DNA of 61,901 nt, filler included, from Globobulimina sp. (lineage: Eukaryota), in assembly GCA_003354225.1 (NCBI GenBank). It is 24 parts of 24 records of this genome, joined end to end, with 100 filler letters (N's around TTAATTAATTAA, not from the genome) between each part and the next. Parts side by side here need not be neighbours in the genome. Positions count along the whole stretch, not along the records: positions 23,261 to 25,744 come from PIVH01006411.1; positions 25,845 to 28,328 come from PIVH01006412.1; positions 28,429 to 30,912 come from PIVH01006413.1; positions 31,013 to 33,495 come from PIVH01006414.1; positions 33,596 to 36,078 come from PIVH01006415.1; 19 more parts are not named here. One strand, 5' to 3'. The stretch's first letter is position 1. Every line of letters begins with the position of its first letter. The notes beneath the pieces were generated by a model. It saw nothing but the letters and a program-made list of their open reading frames with translations, was not told where the DNA came from and ran no database searches. Shown one piece after another: positions 23,261 to 35,821 of the stretch. A program made the translations under genes and the position numbers.

Positions 23261-25744
23261 ACCATATGTAGATCTGTACGAATTCTATGATCGTCATTTA
23301 ATTTCCACAATATTAATCTTTCATAGACTTTAAAAATTATTGGTAGTAATGTTATTGGTCTGTAATTAGTGGGGCTATTAGGACCATCAGATTTTTTTAG
23401 GATTGGTACTACAGCTCCCATTCTTATATAATTAGGAATTATGAATGTTTTGTTCCATAAATTAAATAGATTGTTTATTAATTCGAATGTTTCGTTGTTT
23501 GTTTTTAGGTGTGTTGTGCTTAAACCATCATATCCAGTTGCTCCGTTACTATTTTGGCTGTTAATTGCATCTTCTACAATATAATTATAATTAATATTTT
23601 TATAATGTAATAAAATTGTAAAATTATGACATCTCCAACAGTACATGGTAGTTTTCATAGCTTTCATTGAACATATTCATGTTTTTATTTTTATTTTTGT
23701 GTGTGTATATTTCATTTGCACCGTTGAGGTTTTTGCAAAGTACAGAATTACAATTTAATTTGCAATTATTACAAATATAATTATAATTATCCGAGCTTAT
23801 TATTTTTGTGATTATTTCGTTATAAGTTACATGTTTGCACTTTAAACAATTATTTTCTTTGTCAATTTCATTCTCAATTTTTTCATCATTGTCGTTTTCA
23901 TTTTCAATCATATAATCATTGTATAGATTATTTCTTTTTGAGTTGTTTGTATTGTCGTAAGCTTCTATGTTTTCCCAATCCGTGATTATGTTATTTTTTA
24001 TTGCAGTGTTTTCACTTTCATCTTCTTCTGGTAATGGTTTTATTGCAATGAATTGAAGTGGAGTTAGTATTTTATTGCTTCTTATTTCATTATTGATTTT
24101 ATTTATTAAATTTAAATTTTTGTTTTGGGGATTGTTTTTTTTTCCTGAAATATTTCCAAAGAAGTCACTTAATGCTTCTGATTTATTTGTTGGTTTGTTT
24201 TTGTAAATTAATGTAGGTTCATCTTCAACAAAACTATTTTTCTTATATTGGCTTTTATAAAATTTTAATTTTTTACAATTTTCAAGATTACTAAAATTGA
24301 CTGTGTTTTTCATTTTTTGTCTATCTTTTTTCTTATAATATAATTGCTCTGCTTTTCGAATTAAGTCGTGTGAATTTTGGTTCGTGTTGTAGTTTGTGTT
24401 ATTTAATTTCTTATGCTCAATTCTTATTTTTATTTCATCAAGGTCCATTGGCACCCAGTTATTTAGCCAGTCAGAATTGTACAGTCCATATGCTTTTATT
24501 GTGGCTAGGTGTAGAGTATATATTGTTGAGATTAGTGAAATATTTGTGATGAAATTTAAATCTGAATTACTTAAATTTGAAATTGCAAAAGCTTTGTCTG
24601 TGAAGGTTTGTATGTGTTTGTTTCCATTTTCTATAATATTTTTATGATTTAATAATTCATTTTTGTCCGGTTCTTTTTTCCTGAACACATAGTGTTTTTC
24701 GCATGCTTTTATTTTGCAATTGATTTTTTTTAAGGAGAAGATTACTGGTCTGTGATCATAAAAAATTGGATGTGTGTCGATTGACATTTTGTCAATATTG
24801 TTAATGTCGTTAGTTAGGACTAGATCAATTATCGAACCACCCGTTGTTTCATTTTTTTTCTTTTTAATGCAAGTGTTAATTCCTTTTATGAAGTAATTAT
24901 TAGCTATGGTCATATTATTATTATTTATGTAATTAAGCATGTATTTTTTGTGTTGATTAATGTTTTTGTCACCTGTTATGTTTCCTAATCTTGAGTTAAA
25001 ATCACCAATTGTATAAATTTCTGAGCATGATTTTTTATAAATTTTAGTCCATTTACTAAGTGCATCAAAAAAAGATTCAGATCTTTTTATATTATCTTTT
25101 TTATAACCTCGAGTGTAACTGATTGAAATAAATATTGGTTTATTATTATTATTATTTTCTATTTTAATCCAAACCGTGTCATGTCCTTTAATTTTGTTAA
25201 TACATTCTGTTTTATTTTTATTATTAGATTTTTTGTAAATCATTATACCACCATAATTACCATAGTTATTGGTAGTTTGTGGAGGTTTGTGTGCAATTAA
25301 TTCGTACCCAGGAAGGAACCAATTGGGCTTTTTTATTTGTCGAGTATCAATTAGGGCTATAAAGTCAAGGGATTTTTTTGTCATTAACTGGAAGAACATT
25401 GGGTGTGTATATCTTATTTTTTTAAAGGCTCCACCATTAATATTAAGGAAGCCTATATTGAATTTATTTATTTTAATTTGTGAAGCAATGTTGGGAGAGC
25501 TGTTTGGTGCATATATCTGCAGGAAAGGATAGTTTTGTATTAATTTGTTTATGTTAATGTCAGGGAAATCATTGTCTGGAAGAGAGTTGAACTTAGATCT
25601 GGTTTTTAATAATTTAAGGGTTAGCAATGATTTGGCATCACTTAATATTTTATTTTTGGTTTTATGATTTCTTAGGGCATATTTAAATAATTGTTGTAGA
25701 GCATTATTTTTTATTGTGGAAACATAGAGATCTTTGTTGCTTTC
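23261..25744 (-). mobile_element. Non-LTR retrotransposon (LINE) ORF2: APE endonuclease, Cys-rich insert, RT N-terminus; frameshifted near 23650
   Basis: APE motifs GFLNING, ALIDTR, GGIMIY, IGDFNSR, GSIIDLVL, YDHRPV. RT start ATGYDGL...VVPILKK...NYRPITLLPIIFKVYERLI in a second frame. Confidence 0.88.
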
Positions 25745-25845
25745 NNNNNNNNNNNNNNNNNNNNNNNNNNNNNNNNNNNNNNNNNNNNTTAATTAATTAA
25801 NNNNNNNNNNNNNNNNNNNNNNNNNNNNNNNNNNNNNNNNNNNNT

Positions 25846-26128
25846 GTGTCCGACACTGAAAATTCAAACGACAGCAAACGATCCTGACGAACAAATATGC
25901 AACGATCGATTACGGGCGGAAGAAAAGAAGGTCGAAGTTCCTAGTCAAAGTGAAAAACTATTTATGACCACCATACGACAACAATTGGAACTCCAGCGAT
26001 TAGCAGAACCATGGGGACAGCCAAATGCCGAACAGGAAGAATCATTAGTTAATCCATTTCAGCCAATAGTCAGTCAGCCACAACAGCCAGCTTCTACGCA
26101 AGTCAACAGTCCTGTTAAATGTAATTGA
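25846..26128 (+). CDS. C-terminal fragment of an unknown ORF converging on the Penelope 3' end
   Basis: Open frame CPTLKIQTTANDPDEQ...QPQQPASTQVNSPVKCN* runs from the contig edge. No recognisable domain. Confidence 0.35.
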
Positions 26129-26160
26129 CTAAAATGGCTCTTGACAACATAAAACGATAT

Positions 26161-26215
26161 TTTATTGACAATATTTCGCTGTTATTCAAACAGCATCATC
26201 AGGTCACCCTATAAA
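26161..26215 (-). ncRNA. Minimal type I hammerhead ribozyme of the Penelope-like element
   Basis: The minus strand reads TTTAT-AGGG-TGAC CTGATGA T GCTGTT-TGAAT-AACAGC GAA ATAT T GTCA-ATAAA. It has the conserved CUGAUGA/GAAA core, a 6-bp stem II, palindromic AUAU in place of helix III, and stem I TGAC/GTCA extended by TTTAT/ATAAA. Confidence 0.85.
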
Positions 26216-26334
26216 CAACACAAAAATTATTACATTGCATTAGACAAGAAGGTAAAATGAATTAAAACCCTAATGACAGAGAGAGGATAAATATGCAAAA
26301 AGAGAGAAGGACAGAGATAGAGAGAGCACATTAT

Positions 26335-28328
26335 CTAACTATAATCTTTAATCGCAGCGACCAGACTAGGGTGTAGGGTCCGGTCTGGCTGATTGACTGT
26401 GTGTTGACATTTTTCTATCATAAATTGTTCTTTGGCACAAAGTAAGTCATCCCGGTTGCTTCTCTCAATCACGTGAACTGAATTAAAATCAATAGAATGA
26501 CCACTCGCTAGAACATGTTTGTACAATGGATGATTTTTGTCCTTCTTTCTCTCAACTGCTGTCTTATGTTCGTAGGTTCGATAATTAAGGTGGCGGGTTG
26601 TCTTGCCAACATAAGAGACATTACAATCGGCACAGGGTATAGAGTAAACAACATTTTTAGGGGCCACTTCTGGACTGTTCTTATATAGACAGTGATTGAG
26701 TGATACACCCTTATCAGAATAACATTTAACACCAAATCTTTGAAGATATCGACTGATTTTAGAGCTGAGATTAAGGTAGAATGGAAGTGAAACTGTGGCA
26801 AGTGGCTTTACTTCAGGTTTCCTTTTGGGACAATATACATCCAACTTTTTCTGAACCAAATTAGCTGGATAACCACATTTTTCAAAGCCTCTCTTAAAAT
26901 GTCCCTCTTCATTACAAGCATTATTAAAAGTTGATGAAATTTGAACATTTCTTCGTGATAAGTTTGAAATTGTCCCAATTTTGTGTTGGACAGGTTGAAA
27001 TGATTTGAAATGTGTATATCGGCCAGTGTCAGTAGGCTTGTGGTAAACAGAGAAGACTAAGTCATCAGATGATCGATCGACTAAACAGTCCAGAAAAGAT
27101 AACTTCTTATCATTTTCATTTTCAAAAGTGAATTTTATTCTTCCTTGTGGGTCAAATTGGTTTAGCTCACTCAAAAACAAAGTCAGAACGTTGGTATCTC
27201 GGGCAACAACAAAGCAGTCATCAACATAACGTACAAAAAAGTCAATTTCTACTTTGGAATCAGTTAATGCTTTAGTTTCGAACTCTTCCATGAAAATACA
27301 AGCTAGCAATGGACTCAATGGACTGCCCATAGCTAAACCATATTGTTGACGATAGAACACTCCATTAAATTCGAATTGCGGAGTTTCAGCACAAATTCTA
27401 ACCAATTTCATAATATGAGCAACTGATAAATTGGTTCGATTAAACAGCAAATCAGATCTTGAAGTCAGCCGTTTTTCTAAAATGTCAAGTGCACGTTCCA
27501 AATCAACATTAGTGAATAGAGCAGATACATCAAAAGACATCATAGAGATAGTTGACCAGTCACTTTGCAGTTCTTTTATTTTGTTCATAAAATCATTACG
27601 GTCCTTTAGATGGGTGGGTTGTAAGCCAAGGAATGGTTTCAGAATGTAGGCTAAATAGGAAGCTATTTTATGAGTGACAGTCCCATAAATACTAACAACT
27701 GGGCGCATAGGAATTCCAGCTTTGTGACACTTAGGAAGTCCATAGAAGTAGGGATTACGAACCTTTTGAATGGAAGGTAATAGTTGTCTTTTGCGATTTT
27801 CGGAAATTTCACCATGGCTAATTGCTAAATTTAACTCTTTTTGCAACTTATCATGTAGAACTCTTTGGTTTCCTCCTCGTGCTTTCTTATATGTTCTGAC
27901 GTCACTAAGCACCTCATTGCATTTCTTGACATAATCAACTTGATTCAAAACAACCGTTTTTTGGCCTTTGTCAGCCTTGCAAATCTTTATATCCTTTTCT
28001 TTGACTAATTTTTGCAATCTCTTAGTTGCTTTCCATTGCTCTGTTGTTAAATTAGATTTGACCTTTGTAGCATTTTGTACCATCTTTGCAACAGTTGGAC
28101 AAATTGTATGTCTTTGATTTTCTAAAGGACCACCTTTCACAATTTTATCAACTCCATTGAATGTTTCAGTAATTGTTGGTCTAGTCAAAGTATCAATAGC
28201 AGCCATTAATCCAACTTTAGGTATTTCTTTGGGAACTGGAACAAATTTCGGTCCAAGTGCCAATATATCTAGCTCACTGGAGTTAAACTGTTTAGTTGAC
28301 AAATTGAGAACAAGACTATCACGGAATT
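26335..28328 (-). mobile_element. Penelope-like retroelement ORF: RT + GIY-YIG endonuclease, 5' truncated
   Basis: KADKG, FYGLPKCHK..PMRPVVS, SFDVSALFT, YRQQYGLAMGSPLSP, RYVDDCF, FLDC, VYHKPT. GIY-YIG NVVYSIPCADCNVSYVGKTTR..R..EH with CCHH residues. Confidence 0.95.
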
Positions 28329-28682
28329 NNNNNNNNNNNNNNNNNNNNNNNNNNNNNNNNNNNNNNNNNNNNTTAATTAATTAANNNNNNNNNNNNNNNN
28401 NNNNNNNNNNNNNNNNNNNNNNNNNNNNTTAAGTATTAGTACTTAGAAAAAAGTTAGTTAGCAGGAGTCAATTGTTTTGTTCGGAGTTTTGTATATGTTT
28501 CATTTTCGAAAACTGTAGCAACTCAAATTTCTTTTATCATTTGTGTACTGCCGTTTCTGTGGAACATCATTGCCGAGTAAACAAAGTCTATTGCACGAGA
28601 ATGAATCGACAATATTACGATCAATACATTCCAAGTTATGTCTACACCGTAAACCCAAAACCATTCTGACAATATTCATTTC

Positions 28683-30701
28683 TTGCCAAACGTTCAAATA
28701 ATTGAAGGAGAACCAACAACACTTCTGACTGATCAGCAATTACATAGAATTCTAAAACATATTATCTCACTTCCATCTCAACACAGTGCCACATATCAAT
28801 TCCAACAAACTAAAGAAAATAATTCATTATCAACATCAACATCATCTGAATCAATATTATCAGCAACAACAACAACATCAACATCAACCCCGAAATCAAT
28901 ATCGTCAGCATTATGGAAATCAAAACCAATATGGAAACCAAAATCAAAACAAAAAACAACAAATCAAGAAAAACGACGGCAACCTATAGCATGCAAACCA
29001 CCGAGTGATGAATTGCGGGATATCTTAAATGACACATCATATCCATACGAAAACGCAACACCACAAACCACCAGAAAAAGACAATGGAAAGCAAATGAAA
29101 ATGTTGATGAAGACGAACGTTTTCATGCACCACAACCGAAAAGGCACAGGAATTTGAGAGTGATTGGTCCGATCACTTTTCACCCACCAACAATATCAAG
29201 ATTATCTTTCAATATATTAAAGAACAGACAGCAACGATATCGAAATGTGTATAGAAACAGATTAAATCGAGTGTTGCTTAAATATAAACCACAACTTGTG
29301 AGCTACGTTAATGGCTGGATTCGTAACAATGGTGCAGATGTAGATAAATTACACAGATTTTATAATGGAATATGTGTTAAACTTGGATTAATAGCATGTA
29401 TAAAATATGAGGCTGAAGATGGAGAAGCTGAGCCAGATACAAATGAAGAAGAACAAAAACAAAAAGTGAAATGCAAGTTAAATGTAGATAAAAAAACGGA
29501 AGCAAAACAACCGCCACCCACATTACCAAAGCAACCAAAGCAACCAAAGAAATCAAACAATAGAGCACCACAACAAAAAAGTATTTGGGTTAAACGACTA
29601 TCAATGTATGCTAATACCAAGCCATCACCGCGTATTTTAAATCTATTTAAAGTGGATACAATACGTCATACAAATTGTACAAAGCACCAAAAAACAAAAC
29701 CACCAAAATGTAAACAACAACAAAAAAGTATTTGGATATCACGACTATCAATGTCTGCTAACACCAAGCCATCATCGCGTATTTTAAATTTATTTAAAAT
29801 GGACACAAATATACATCATGCAAACTATACAAATCAGCGAAAATCAAAACCTCCAAAATATAAACAACAACAACAGCAACAACAAACATCATATAATAAT
29901 TATATTCGACAAATACAATATCCGCCACAAAATATCATAAAATTGTTTAGAAATTATCAAAAACAAAGAATATCTGAACATAATAAATATGAAAAACAGT
30001 TTAATGGTAATAATAGATTTGGTGGTCAAGGGATAACAACATTTGATTATGACATTAATACAAACAACAAAAATCTACAAAATCACTCAAAATGGTATCA
30101 TAAACCACAACAATTTCATTATAATATTAGTAATAACAATCCATCACAAAATATACAAGCAAGACAAGTACCATCACCACCAAAACCAAAACCACAACCA
30201 CAATATCAACATAACAGCAACGAAAATGGTAATAAGAATAATATACACCATGTAAATGTATACAGAAACAATGAAACATTTACGTATAAATATGCGGTTC
30301 AACAGAAAAACAATAATAAAAATATACAACCAAAACAACAGAAAAACAATCAAAATCAACCAAATCAGTCAGCAAAATGGTATCATAAACAATACCAATT
30401 AGATTTAAATATTAGTAATAATAATAAAGCAGCGCAAAATATACAAACAAGACCGGTACCGGTACCAATATGCGAGCAAGTAAAAGGACACAGAAATGGC
30501 GCAACAAATAGACGCAAACGATTTTATTGTAATCCTAGTAATAATAATCAACATAAAAACAATGCAGCAAAAGTACACAGAAATGATACATTGTATATAT
30601 ATAAAAATGAAATTCAAAATACAAACACTAATAATGAAGATGTGGGGAAAAAGAAAAAAATAACAAAGGGTAGACCAGTGTATCGAGCAAAACGCAGATA
30701 A
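28683..30701 (+). CDS. Low-complexity Q/N/K/P-rich hypothetical protein with two internal duplications
   Basis: Long ORF. QQKSIW.RLSM.ANTKPS.RILNLFK.DT occurs twice and KWYHK..Q...NISNNN...QNIQ.R.VP occurs twice. The start is uncertain and probably in an upstream exon. Confidence 0.6.
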   Translation: MPNVQIIEGEPTTLLTDQQLHRILKHIISLPSQHSATYQFQQTKENNSLSTSTSSESILSATTTTSTSTPKSISSALWKSKPIWKPKSKQKTTNQEKRRQPIACKPPSDELRDILNDTSYPYENATPQTTRKRQWKANENVDEDERFHAPQPKRHRNLRVIGPITFHPPTISRLSFNILKNRQQRYRNVYRNRLNRVLLKYKPQLVSYVNGWIRNNGADVDKLHRFYNGICVKLGLIACIKYEAEDGEAEPDTNEEEQKQKVKCKLNVDKKTEAKQPPPTLPKQPKQPKKSNNRAPQQKSIWVKRLSMYANTKPSPRILNLFKVDTIRHTNCTKHQKTKPPKCKQQQKSIWISRLSMSANTKPSSRILNLFKMDTNIHHANYTNQRKSKPPKYKQQQQQQQTSYNNYIRQIQYPPQNIIKLFRNYQKQRISEHNKYEKQFNGNNRFGGQGITTFDYDINTNNKNLQNHSKWYHKPQQFHYNISNNNPSQNIQARQVPSPPKPKPQPQYQHNSNENGNKNNIHHVNVYRNNETFTYKYAVQQKNNNKNIQPKQQKNNQNQPNQSAKWYHKQYQLDLNISNNNKAAQNIQTRPVPVPICEQVKGHRNGATNRRKRFYCNPSNNNQHKNNAAKVHRNDTLYIYKNEIQNTNTNNEDVGKKKKITKGRPVYRAKRR

Positions 30702-31012
30702 ACCGTTCTATCATATCCTATTATTGTCTGTTACATATTCTTTGTGATGATTGAGTCTGTATGCAATGCATAACGGGATTGAAGTTATTTTGAACACAAA
30801 TAACATGCTCCTCGTCATAGCAGCAGGATCAATGCAATGTGTTGTGATTTATCGTATTTTGAATATAAATATGGTATCTCATGTCGTGAAGAATATGTTC
30901 TTTTTTTTTGTANNNNNNNNNNNNNNNNNNNNNNNNNNNNNNNNNNNNNNNNNNNNTTAATTAATTAANNNNNNNNNNNNNNNNNNNNNNNNNNNNNNNN
31001 NNNNNNNNNNNN

Positions 31013-31792
31013 CTCAGCCACCAAATGCGGCCAACCATGCCCAGATTGGGACAAAATGCTGAATGGATTTAAAACCGCGTATTCATTAACGAATGACAAA
31101 TATAAATGTTTCGGAGCTATCGATAATATGACAGCACGGGAATGGTGGCTAGAATGTGTGCATCAGTCCTTTGTCGAAGCTGGCTGTGACTATAAAAAAG
31201 ATTCACATATATTTGAGAAGATATTTAATAGAATTTATGCATTGTTTGGTTCAAGAGAGCCATATCATGTCTTTGAAGGAAAGTCAATGAGTTTTATTAA
31301 CATAATATTCAATATTATGCATATATATATTTGCTTATTATTTTAATACAACTCATGAATACTTGCGGTTTTTCAGATGTTACACCATTTTTGGAGTGGT
31401 GCAAATCGCATAGCAACCTCAAAATTGGTGTCATCACAAATGCGAGCGATAGATATAAAACCACTGTATTGCCCATTTTAGATTTGGATCCATATTTTGA
31501 TTTTATTGCTGTTGCCTCGCAGGCAAAATGTAAAAAACCAAGTAAAGGCATATTCGATTATGCAGCGTGTATTGGAGACTTTGATTTAGATGATTCGTGG
31601 GTGCATATTGGCGATAATATAAGAAAAGATTTTCAGTGTGTGAATGAATATGGCGGTCATGGAATATTGTTAAATAGATTTGATAACGAAGAGTTGTTAC
31701 AATTTCAAATTGATAATAATCAGCAATTGCCGATTTTTGAGGACTTAGCTGCAGTCGAAAGATATCTTGCAAAAAACTGGTCTTGTAAATGA
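31013..31792 (+). CDS. HAD-superfamily hydrolase (HDHD3/REG-2-like), 5' truncated, one intron
   Basis: WWLECVHQSF cap, GVITNASDR (motif II), KKPSKGIF (motif III), VHIGDNIRKDF (motif IV). Confidence 0.85.
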
Positions 31793-32054
31793 CATGCTTA
31801 CTGTTCAAACTTCAAACTTCAAATCGTGTTTCTTTAGGTTATTGATGACGGATCGATGATCAGTTGCAAAACCAAACGTTAATCGGCTAATTGAGGCCGG
31901 ATCTTTTACAAAAAATAGAGTATTATAGTTTGAATGGCCTCAATTGCAAACATCATAAAGGAAAGCAATATGACGTAATTGAAACTGAATTAAAAAGCTA
32001 TATTTACCAAATCTAGCAAATAGAAACATGCAATCCATTATTATGCAATTCAAG

Positions 32055-33424
32055 TCACGTAAGCAGTTCATTATAATTCTCGTTTTTATTCATTTTCCGT
32101 TTTTTTAACGGAGGTTGCGGTTCTATGCAAGGTGGAATATCAACCACTTTATTTTTCCTTTTCTTTTTTGGTGATTTCGATTTCGACCTCGATCTGCATC
32201 TTGACTGTGACTGCGATTTTGATTTTTTATTTCTTTTTTTAAATTTCTTCCTTTTTTCAAGTTTAGTCTTCTTTTCTTTTGAATGTATAATGCCTCCGTC
32301 CATTGTAACTGTAATATCATTCAAATCCAACTCCAAATCCGAATTATCACTCTCATCCTTTCTCCAAACCAGCCTCTCAATCACAACATTCTTTGCATCC
32401 GTCCCATTCATGTACTTTACAGTCGGTCCCTGATCACCGGTATGCTGTGTATATGCATCTATGTATATCATACGTAACACAAATGTGTTTATACAGTGCA
32501 CAAATTGCATATTCCTCCTCGCACCAAAACAACTTAACTGACTGCTCCATGAATAATGGCTTGATGCGCAACAATATCCTCATAGCAAGAAAACCGAAAT
32601 CCACAAATCGCATCTTTCCCTTTCCTTTTTTTTAATTGATCATTGGGCACAGTTTCTTGATCAGTGCCATGTCCATCGAACTTGCATAAAAATTTAAAAT
32701 GCGTATTCCGAACATGCCGATTTAGCCATCTTCGTTCATTATAACTTGCGCCACAAATATCGCACGGATGGTGGATTTGGATACCTTCCGAATGGTATAC
32801 CATACGATGTAATTCGTAATCGTCTGCGGATGGATAGGTCTTATTGCATTGTCCGCATTTTCTGCAACGAGCCCAACTCCGATGTGGCACATAACGTTTC
32901 TGCTTTTTATATTTGTCTGTGAATGCCTCAGACATTGTGTCTATAAATGTTATCCTTCCTGGATGCCCCAACGGCAATGACTCGATTTTGTGGTCAATGT
33001 TATCAGTGTTTTCGTGTGTTTTCGGGTGGTTATAATGTCGCGGATTTATAGTGTTGATGGGTATTGATGGTAGTAATGGTTTGCAAGTGTTTTTATTTCG
33101 GAGTTTTGGGTGTTTTCGTGTTTGTGGTTTGTTGATTGGAAGCATCGGAATTATGGGGGCGGGCAATGTGAAATTTGTGTAGTGAATGGGTGGTATTATG
33201 GGTGGTATTGATGATATCATGGCAGGTAATGGTAATATTGGCAATATTGGATGGAATGGGTTGGTGTTGCTGGGGATGTATGGTAATGATGGTAGAAAAG
33301 GTTGGAGATCTGGCGGCAGCGGTAAGTCATTCATTAAACCGGATGGGATGTTACATTTTGATGGCAATGGAGGTATTTGAAAGGATGTGGGCCATGGCAG
33401 CGGATAATTCGATTTTGATGGCAT
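32055..33424 (-). CDS. C2H2 zinc-finger protein with Pro-rich N-terminus and basic/SR-like C-terminus
   Basis: CGQCNKTY...LHRMVYH, CDICGASY...LNRHVRNTH and C..FSC....AHQAIIH. One intron joins to ORF 32055..32510, which carries KKRK NLS-like tracts. Confidence 0.75.
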
Positions 33425-34125
33425 TGGTAAAGGAATATATGATGTATGATTTGTGTGCGATGTTGGTGCACGGTTTGATAATGGATATGGTTTCGNNNNN
33501 NNNNNNNNNNNNNNNNNNNNNNNNNNNNNNNNNNNNNNNTTAATTAATTAANNNNNNNNNNNNNNNNNNNNNNNNNNNNNNNNNNNNNNNNNNNNAAATA
33601 ATACCAATACAATCCCCGTACATTTGCCTATTGAGCATAATAAGAACAATTACAATGAATCATAATATTTGATATTAATATTTAATTACTAGTATAATAA
33701 TTGTTGTGTATACAATATATCGTCAAAACAAAAAACAGAGACATGAGATCATGTCAACCTTAACTTCACAAAATCTGCTCTTAATGAAACTGGTTGAAAT
33801 TGTTTGTATAGCTGTCCATATAACTCAAAACAACAAAATATATTCTTCAAGTCGCATACCAACAAAATAGGAAACTTGTGATCAACTTTTTAAAAAAGTG
33901 AAAAGTTGGTAATTTCTAACTTTGTAAAATCGAAGAATTGAAGTCTTTCCTTTTAGAACCTATCTTATTGATACAATACACACACAATACACAAACAAAA
34001 AAGCAAGCAAAATGGCGACAGAGTTAGTGTGCTGATGTCTACTCCGAAACAGCCAGAATTATCGGATTTATATTGCAAAATGTTTTATTTACACTTGTTT
34101 TAATCTAAACATTAAACGAAAAAAC

Positions 34126-34920
34126 ATGCTCCAACCGTTGATGAATTCAGATGCTGCGTTCGACGAACTTGTTCAATATGTACCACAACTGCAAAAAATT
34201 AATAAATCGTTACAAAGGGCCAAGAGTACAATTGGTTCATCATATGATACAAAATCATTCAGAGATGGAGTAAACGATGATGTATCCCTTGGAATCAATA
34301 TTGTCGATACATTGACTAAAATTGAATATGAATTTGATCCAACAGACAATAAAAGTGATAAAATGTGGACAGAAGCTCTGTCAACAAAACATAAATTTAA
34401 GTTATTAAAAGCTGATATAGAACAAAAATTAATTGAGTATGAAGTTTATGAGGTTTCTTCGAATAATAATATACTTTCAAACATTGACCAAGCGTCAATA
34501 CAACAACAGCAACAACAACAACAACACGCGGTATTTAATGATGTTACAATTTCCAACGATGAGCGACTTGAGGACGAACATGAAATAATGCAACAAGTTA
34601 ATTGTGAGATGCATTCATTATTTGTTTTGTAGCTGAAAGTATTAAATGTACAGATTGCGGAGGAAATCGTTGAAATCAAAGCGGCGCATCAATCATTGAA
34701 CGAGTTGGTGACAGCGCAAGGGCAGCAAATAGCGCTGGTTGCAGAAAATACAGAACAAGCAATGGAACACATGGAACAAGCCAATGATGAGCTTATTATC
34801 GCAGAAAGAAATAGAAAAAAATCAAGAACGAGAAAATGTTGTTTTTTGTTAATTTTGGTATTGATGCTTGGAATGCTATTTGGATTGATGGCAATTTCTG
34901 GTTCATTTGCAAAAAGTTGA
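34126..34920 (+). CDS. Qa-SNARE syntaxin (syntaxin-7/12/Pep12-like)
   Basis: IGSSYDTKSFR Habc motif. SNARE heptads LNELVTAQGQQIALVAENTEQA...ANDEL. C-terminal KCC + TM. Intron ~34597..34653. Confidence 0.85.
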
Positions 34921-35149
34921 ATGTTGGATTGAAAATTTCCAGAACACTCATAATTTTATAAAAATATAAATATTATTTTATAAGTATTATATACTAATAA
35001 TGAATGTCTGTTTGTTTGTGTGTTTGTGTTCAATTTGAACTCGCAAGAAACAAGCTATCAAATTGAGAATAGGTTTTTGACACAAAACCTTCTAAAACTT
35101 CATTTTTCTTTAACATCCTTGCATTTCGACAATCTAAAAACAAGTCACA

Positions 35150-35821
35150 ATGTCGCAAGACGATTATGGTATGGGAGGCAGTATGCTCTCTTCAAAAGAA
35201 AAAGAACGTATCACTCGCGATTTAAAAGAATTTCAACAAAGCCTTGAAAACAAAAAAAAGAAGAAAAAAGAGCAACAAATTAAACCCATTGCAGCAAACA
35301 ACACAACTGTTAAAATGGATGAATCACGAAATTTTAGCTACACTTATTTATTAAATCGGATATTTTCTCAATTAGAGCCAAGCCAAGGTTGCGGTAAACC
35401 AGTTATAATTATCCCAGAACCTATAGTTGGATTATTAGGAAGCAGAAGAACAGTTTTTGCAAATATTCAACAAATCTGCGGATTCCTACATCGCGATCCA
35501 AATCATTTGAAAAAATTTATAGAAACAGAATTAATTACAACCACAAATTTTAATGGCTTAAAACAGTTAATTTTGATGGGACGATGGACAGCAAAACATA
35601 TTAAATCAATTTTAACGGAATATATAAATAATTATATTTTATGCCATAACTGTTCCTCATTACATACAAAAATGAGCAGAAATAGTACAACGCGATTATT
35701 TGATTTAAAATGCAATAGATGCCAATCCCAAAGATGTTGTAAACGAATTGAAAAAGCATTTAAAACCATCACAAATCGACGACAACGAATACAACAAAGA
35801 AACGACAGCCAACGGTCGTGA
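35150..35821 (+). CDS. EIF2S2: Translation initiation factor eIF2 beta subunit (or paralogue)
   Basis: Poly-Lys stretch, YTYLLNRIF, RTVFANIQQIC..LHRDPNHL..FI.TEL, EYINNYILCHNCSS...LKCNRC zinc ribbon. Confidence 0.85.
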   Translation: MSQDDYGMGGSMLSSKEKERITRDLKEFQQSLENKKKKKKEQQIKPIAANNTTVKMDESRNFSYTYLLNRIFSQLEPSQGCGKPVIIIPEPIVGLLGSRRTVFANIQQICGFLHRDPNHLKKFIETELITTTNFNGLKQLILMGRWTAKHIKSILTEYINNYILCHNCSSLHTKMSRNSTTRLFDLKCNRCQSQRCCKRIEKAFKTITNRRQRIQQRNDSQRS

